Shown here piece by piece: positions 11,928 to 16,005 of a DNA stretch of 16,005 bases. The notes under the pieces were generated by a model. That model had not been told where the DNA came from. It made no database searches and saw only the letters and a list, made by a program, of their open reading frames with translations. The stretch is from an uncultured Thermococci archaeon (GTDB lineage: Archaea; Methanobacteriota_B; Thermococci; Thermococcales; Thermococcaceae). Numbering within the stretch: the first letter of the stretch is position 1; every line of letters starts with the position of its first letter. Location: contig CAZTOS010000053.1 in the NCBI GenBank assembly GCA_964615185.1, forward strand, positions 1-16,005, in the 5' to 3' direction. The position numbers and the translations under genes are program-made.

Positions 11928-13451
11928 TCACCTCTTTTCCCCTATGAGTAACTTTGCTATCTCCGCATACGCTGGTCTCGTTATCAGTATTCCAATCATG
12001 ACACCAAGTATTGTTGTAAATGCAAATCCTCTCAGTCCTCCAACGAAGAACTTGAAGAGAAAGCTCATTGCTACAACTGTTGTCGTTGCCGATGCCAATA
12101 TGACAAAAAATGCCCTACCCATTCTCTTGAGTATGCTACTTCTCTTGACGATCTTTTCTCTCCCTTTCCTTCCCAAGAGTTCATCAGTTATAACTATCTG
12201 CTGATCAACTCCTGTTCCTATGGCTGCTATTATTCCTGCAATGCTCGGAAGATCAAGATTCCATTTGATCAATGCAGCAATTCCAAGGATTATGATGACT
12301 TCACTCAGACTTGTAAATGTCACAGGTATTGCTATCTTAAGCTTCCTGTAGTGAATCCAGATTATAAGTCCAACAACTATTAAAGCCGCTATTCCCGCTA
12401 TCAAAACTTGTCTCTTGAAGTTCTCACCAAGTTCTGGTGAAATATACTGAGAACCTTCAACATAGACTTTTACGGGGAGAGAACCGCTGCTCAAAACAAC
12501 TGCAATCACTTGAGCCTCCTGCTGAGCAAGATACTGATTTGGTGCAGTACCTGTAATCCTGACATCTGTTTGAGGTATTCCCTGGGCAAGACCGGATCCC
12601 AAGGAGTAGGGTCCATACAGTCCAAGTGCTCTCGTTATCACGTTCTTTAAACTCTCCCCCTGTTGTGGCTTAAAGTACCTAACTTTTATTCCCCTTGCTT
12701 CAAGCTCATCCTTAAGGGTTTTATCAACACCTACAAGAACAACGAGTTCCTTATCTTTTGCAAGATTCACCATCTCGTCGATAGTTTGGTTTGTGTATGC
12801 AATGGTGTCAATATTAAAAGCCTTCTTGATTCTCTCGGGAAGAGACATGGCATTTGGAGCTTCAGCTTTAAAATCTGTTGTCATAAGGTTATAGCCATCC
12901 TGGGAGACCACAAAGAGAGAATTCACAGGTGGGTCAAGAAACATGTCAACAGGATACCCAGCCTTACCTTTGGCTAATCCTGCAAATTTTTCTGCTGCCT
13001 GTTTTGATATTCTGAATGGGACAGACCACTCATAATACGTACCTTTTGGCTCTATGTGGATTGGAAACACCTGAACAATGTCTTCACCAGTTGCAAATAT
13101 AACTCCCTCAAACTCTGCATAGAATACACCTTGCCTCTCAATGGTTTCTTTCACACTTCTTGCTTCTTCTTCTGTTACACCGGCAACCTTTACAATGAGG
13201 TACTGATTACCCCAAGGCTCAACTTTGATATCCTTCACACCAAGCTGATTCAACCTTTTCTCAAGAGAAATTTTAACCTGTTCCATAGTACTTTGATCCA
13301 CCGGCTTTTCGAGTTTAACTGTGATAGCGGTTCCACCACTTATATCCAGACCAAAAGTCAACCCATATGCCAAAAGGGATGCTATTGAACCAATTATGAA
13401 TATTGTGAGTAGTAGAACTCTCCAGTTAAGGAAGAGTTTTTTCCAGTTCAT
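11928..13451 (-). CDS. secD: Protein translocase subunit SecD
   Basis: 507 aa; GLDISGG after TM1, [22 protein letters not shown] and [17 protein letters not shown] motifs; ATGA overlap with secF. Confidence 0.95.
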   Translation of the reverse strand: MNWKKLFLNWRVLLLTIFIIGSIASLLAYGLTFGLDISGGTAITVKLEKPVDQSTMEQVKISLEKRLNQLGVKDIKVEPWGNQYLIVKVAGVTEEEARSVKETIERQGVFYAEFEGVIFATGEDIVQVFPIHIEPKGTYYEWSVPFRISKQAAEKFAGLAKGKAGYPVDMFLDPPVNSLFVVSQDGYNLMTTDFKAEAPNAMSLPERIKKAFNIDTIAYTNQTIDEMVNLAKDKELVVLVGVDKTLKDELEARGIKVRYFKPQQGESLKNVITRALGLYGPYSLGSGLAQGIPQTDVRITGTAPNQYLAQQEAQVIAVVLSSGSLPVKVYVEGSQYISPELGENFKRQVLIAGIAALIVVGLIIWIHYRKLKIAIPVTFTSLSEVIIILGIAALIKWNLDLPSIAGIIAAIGTGVDQQIVITDELLGRKGREKIVKRSSILKRMGRAFFVILASATTTVVAMSFLFKFFVGGLRGFAFTTILGVMIGILITRPAYAEIAKLLIGEKR

Positions 13452-14374
13452 TTTTTACCCCTCCTTTTCTTTTTGGAAGTTTTTGGAGCCTTAGAGGTTC
13501 CAGAAGATTTCCGCTTTTCTTTTTCCTCTCTCCTCCCTATAAACCATCTTAAAACGCCCGCATTTAAGATCCATGTGTTCATGAAGTCTGCAAGCAAACC
13601 AAAGATAAGAACTATTGCAATTTCATCAATAACCTTAGCTGTTGAGAATAGCCAGAGTGAAGCCAAAGCCCCTAAAGTTGTTGTGCTCATTGTAAAACCT
13701 GTTGAAACAGCTGAAAAATACGCTTCCTCAACCGTGTCTTCTTTTCTCTTGAGCAGCTTAGTCGTCAGAAGAATGTTACTATCTACAGAGTAACCTATGA
13801 GCATTAGTAAAGCGGCAATCGTTGCTTGGCTTAATTCAATGCCAAAGATGCTCATTAAGGCTAAGGCTATTACCATATCCGAAAAAGCTGAAAATATGAC
13901 TGTGAATGATGGAACTGGAACTCTGAAGAACAAGAAAACAACAACCGCCATCCCAAGGAATGCCAATGAAATTGCCTTTATTCCTTGTTCTCTTGCCATT
14001 GCTCCAAAAGTTGGTCGAACTTCAGATATTGCATACTTTGCATCTGGGAAGAGTTGCTTGAGAGCTTCCCTTATTTTTTCAGGAGCGACTTCGGCAGGAG
14101 CATAAACATTTATTCCGCTGCTCTCTTTCCCAATTCCCGTGAATTTCTCCACTCTAACGTCAATTCCAAGTTGGTGGGATAAGTACTTTGCAACATCATC
14201 TGGATTCGCCTCCACCCCGTAGGCAGTTACAACGACTCCACCTTTGAGGTCAATCCCAAGCTGGGGGAAGTGAACTGCCAGAATTAAGACTGCTACAAAA
14301 AAGACTGCTAAGGGATAAATTATCATTTTCTTAGTCTCAATTTCTGTGAGCTTTTTAAGTTTGTCTTTGATCAT
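13448..14374 (-). CDS. secF: Protein translocase subunit SecF
   Basis: [19 protein letters not shown] and [16 protein letters not shown] motifs. Start placed at ATG 14374 (RBS GAGGTG 14381-14386); the ORF-track GTG at 14383 is an alternative. Confidence 0.94.
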   Translation of the reverse strand: MIKDKLKKLTEIETKKMIIYPLAVFFVAVLILAVHFPQLGIDLKGGVVVTAYGVEANPDDVAKYLSHQLGIDVRVEKFTGIGKESSGINVYAPAEVAPEKIREALKQLFPDAKYAISEVRPTFGAMAREQGIKAISLAFLGMAVVVFLFFRVPVPSFTVIFSAFSDMVIALALMSIFGIELSQATIAALLMLIGYSVDSNILLTTKLLKRKEDTVEEAYFSAVSTGFTMSTTTLGALASLWLFSTAKVIDEIAIVLIFGLLADFMNTWILNAGVLRWFIGRREEKEKRKSSGTSKAPKTSKKKRRGKK

Positions 14375-14430
14375 TCCTTCCACCTCTTAGATAATTTTAA
14401 GATGTCCATTTTATCTTTTCCATTACTTCG

Positions 14431-14447
14431 GCGAAACTATTTTAAAA
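14431..14447 (+). promoter_or_regulatory. Putative BRE/TATA promoter of speD
   Basis: GCGAAAC-TATTTTAAAA, resembling the atp promoter core AAACTATTTAAA. Confidence 0.45.
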
Positions 14448-14455
14448 GTATGTGG

Positions 14456-14470
14456 TATTTAAGTTTGCCC
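14456..14470 (-). promoter_or_regulatory. Putative BRE/TATA promoter of secF-secD-trkA
   Basis: Minus strand GGGCAAA-CTTAAATA about 80 nt upstream of the secF ATG. Confidence 0.45.
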
Positions 14471-14522
14471 TCGGCACTCAAATTTAAAAAGTGGAAGCTT
14501 AAAGTTTATGTAGGTGAGGTTC

Positions 14523-14939
14523 ATGGACACCATAGGATATCACTATGTTGTTGAGGCTTCAGGCTGTGATCCCAAAATTCTGAGTGACGCTAACAAAATA
14601 AGAGAGATCTTTTTAAAGGCTGCAGAAGTCGGAGATATGGAAGTCAAGGCAAGCTATTTCTTCAAGTTCTCGCCTACAGGGGTCAGTGGCATGGTGATTG
14701 TTGCGGAATCCCATATATCAATCCACACATGGCCTGAGAAAGGTTACGCTGCCATAGACGTCTACACCTGTGGAAAAAAGGCTGATCCAGAAAAAGCCGT
14801 TGATTACATTCTTGACACAATAAAAGCAGAATATGCTCACGTCTCAGAGGTCAAGAGGGGCATTGAAGAGGAAGACAACACATTTACACACATGATCCTA
14901 ACATGGGAAGAAAAACTCGATAGAAAAAATAAAAAATAA
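14523..14939 (+). CDS. speD: S-adenosylmethionine decarboxylase proenzyme (pyruvoyl-dependent, short prokaryotic class)
   Basis: 138 aa from ATG 14523 (RBS GGTGAGG); GVSGMVIVAESHISIHTWPEKGYAAIDVYTCG signature with the E62-S63 autocleavage site. Also annotated speH. Confidence 0.93.
   Translation: MDTIGYHYVVEASGCDPKILSDANKIREIFLKAAEVGDMEVKASYFFKFSPTGVSGMVIVAESHISIHTWPEKGYAAIDVYTCGKKADPEKAVDYILDTIKAEYAHVSEVKRGIEEEDNTFTHMILTWEEKLDRKNKK
14924..14936 (-). terminator. Putative T6-A-T6 terminator of the kaiC-like/HTH transcript, inside the speD 3' end
   Basis: Minus strand TTTTTTATTTTTT starting 7 nt after the stop codon at 14943. Confidence 0.55.
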
Positions 14940-14942
14940 GAG

Positions 14943-15872
14943 TCACTCCAGGAGCTTTTCAATTTCTTCTTTCAGCCTTTCAATCTTTTCTTTAAGTTCT
15001 TCAAACTTGATCTTGTACGGTTCAAGCTCATCGATTTTCTTTTTAAGTTCCTCGTTCTCTCTGCTTAGTTCCTCAACTTTCTTTTGGAGTTCTTCCTTTT
15101 CCTTCCTGAGTTCATCAGCTAAGCCCTCCATCTCTTCAACCTTCTTCTCAAGTTCCTCTTTTGCCAATGTTAGCTCCTTGGCAACTTTTTCTAACTTTTC
15201 TATTTCCTCCTCCTTGAGCCTAAGCTTCTCTTCAAGCTCCTTAATCTTAGCTTCATCCACTCTTTTCGCCTGCAATTCCATAAGCTTAACTTTTGCCTCG
15301 CTCAGCTGCTTTTCTAACTCCTTCTTCTCCTTCCTGACCTTCTCAAGTTCTGCCTTTGTCTCCTCAAGCTCTCTCTTTAATTTTTCAATCTCTTCTCTCG
15401 CCTTCTCCAAGCTTCCCAATTCAACGGTCTGCTTCATCTTCTCAAGCTCTTCCTTAAGCTTCTCGTACTCTTCCATCAGCTTTTCATACTCTTCCTTAGC
15501 GATTACCTCTTTCAGTCCGCCTTTCTCAATCATCTCAATTGTCTTAATGAGCTCGTCAAGCTTTCCTTGCTTGATCAGTTCATAGGTCTCTCTAACTAAT
15601 TGTCCAGCTTTGCTTTCGCCCTTGAGGTGCTTCCTGATTGTTTGCTCAGTTCTTCCTAACTCCCTTGCAATCTCGCTAACCGTCATTCCAGCCTTTTCTC
15701 TCGCAATGGCACCAGCGGCAACTGCTAAGCTATCAACCCATGTCAGCCTTTCGGCTGGGTCTTTGATAAGCTCAATTACCTCTGGTCTGAAAAGCGTTGC
15801 AAATAAGAGTATGCTTTCAAGCTGGTGAATCTCCTGTCTTCCAAGAGGGTTAAGTGGAACCTCAATCGTCAT
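14943..15872 (-). CDS. KaiC-associated predicted transcriptional regulator (COG1318-like HTH) with long C-terminal coiled coil
   Basis: N-terminal ERLTWVDSLAVAAGAIARE, HTH MTVSEIARELGRTEQTIRKHLKGESKAG (HTH core 15624-15686), then about 180 aa of E/K/L heptads. Start placed at ATG 15872 behind GGAGGTG. Confidence 0.85.
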   Translation of the reverse strand: MTIEVPLNPLGRQEIHQLESILLFATLFRPEVIELIKDPAERLTWVDSLAVAAGAIAREKAGMTVSEIARELGRTEQTIRKHLKGESKAGQLVRETYELIKQGKLDELIKTIEMIEKGGLKEVIAKEEYEKLMEEYEKLKEELEKMKQTVELGSLEKAREEIEKLKRELEETKAELEKVRKEKKELEKQLSEAKVKLMELQAKRVDEAKIKELEEKLRLKEEEIEKLEKVAKELTLAKEELEKKVEEMEGLADELRKEKEELQKKVEELSRENEELKKKIDELEPYKIKFEELKEKIERLKEEIEKLLE

Positions 15873-15885
15873 CTCCATCACCTCC

Positions 15886-16005
15886 TCACAGATCTAAAAT
15901 CCTACCTCTTTTCAGTATCTTATCATGGTAAACAATTATTCCCCTGTCCGTTATATCAAATGGATGCCTCTTCATTGAATGTGAGGTTCCTCTCATCTTC
16001 CAGAC
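15886..16005 (-). CDS. KaiC-like RecA-superfamily ATPase, C-terminal 39 aa only (5' part outside the window)
   Basis: Manual translation [39 protein letters not shown]. The K-M-R-G arginine-finger motif and PFxIxxxGI tail are typical of KaiC domains. Confidence 0.85.
   Translation of the reverse strand, partial: VWKMRGTSHSMKRHPFDITDRGIIVYHDKILKRGRILDL

Noticed and set aside
15007..15585. 192-aa Ser/Phe/Leu-rich plus-strand ORF
   Set aside because: Antisense shadow of the E/K-rich coiled-coil gene (GAA/AAG codons reverse to TTC/CTT/TCT); no RBS or recognisable domain.
14943..15872. SMC/Rad50 or chromosome-segregation ATPase call for the coiled-coil protein
   Set aside because: No Walker A/B, signature, hinge or Zn-hook motif; any similarity would be compositional.

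Overview
Archaeal chromosomal DNA of Thermococcales type (protein sequences, GGAGGTG/GGTGA ribosome-binding sites, BRE/TATA promoters), most likely Thermococcus. It is a gene-dense housekeeping region, almost entirely on the minus strand. In transcription order it holds the 3' end of a KaiC-like RecA-superfamily ATPase and its partner HTH/long coiled-coil protein, then secF-secD-trkA, the complete A1AO ATP synthase operon atpH-I-K-E-C-F-A-B-D, and a truncated AlaX-L-type tRNA editing gene that the ORF track missed. The only plus-strand gene is the S-adenosylmethionine decarboxylase proenzyme speD/speH. The one mobile element is a 429-aa LAGLIDADG homing-endonuclease intein splitting the Walker A motif (GPFGSGK|T) of atpA. 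I see no CRISPR array, RNA gene, IS element or defence island, and I cannot support a wholly new system. The best leads are the intein and its extra domain, the KaiC plus HTH/coiled-coil module, the single-site c subunit, an N-terminal hydrophobic extension on subunit C, and several compact regulatory arrangements.
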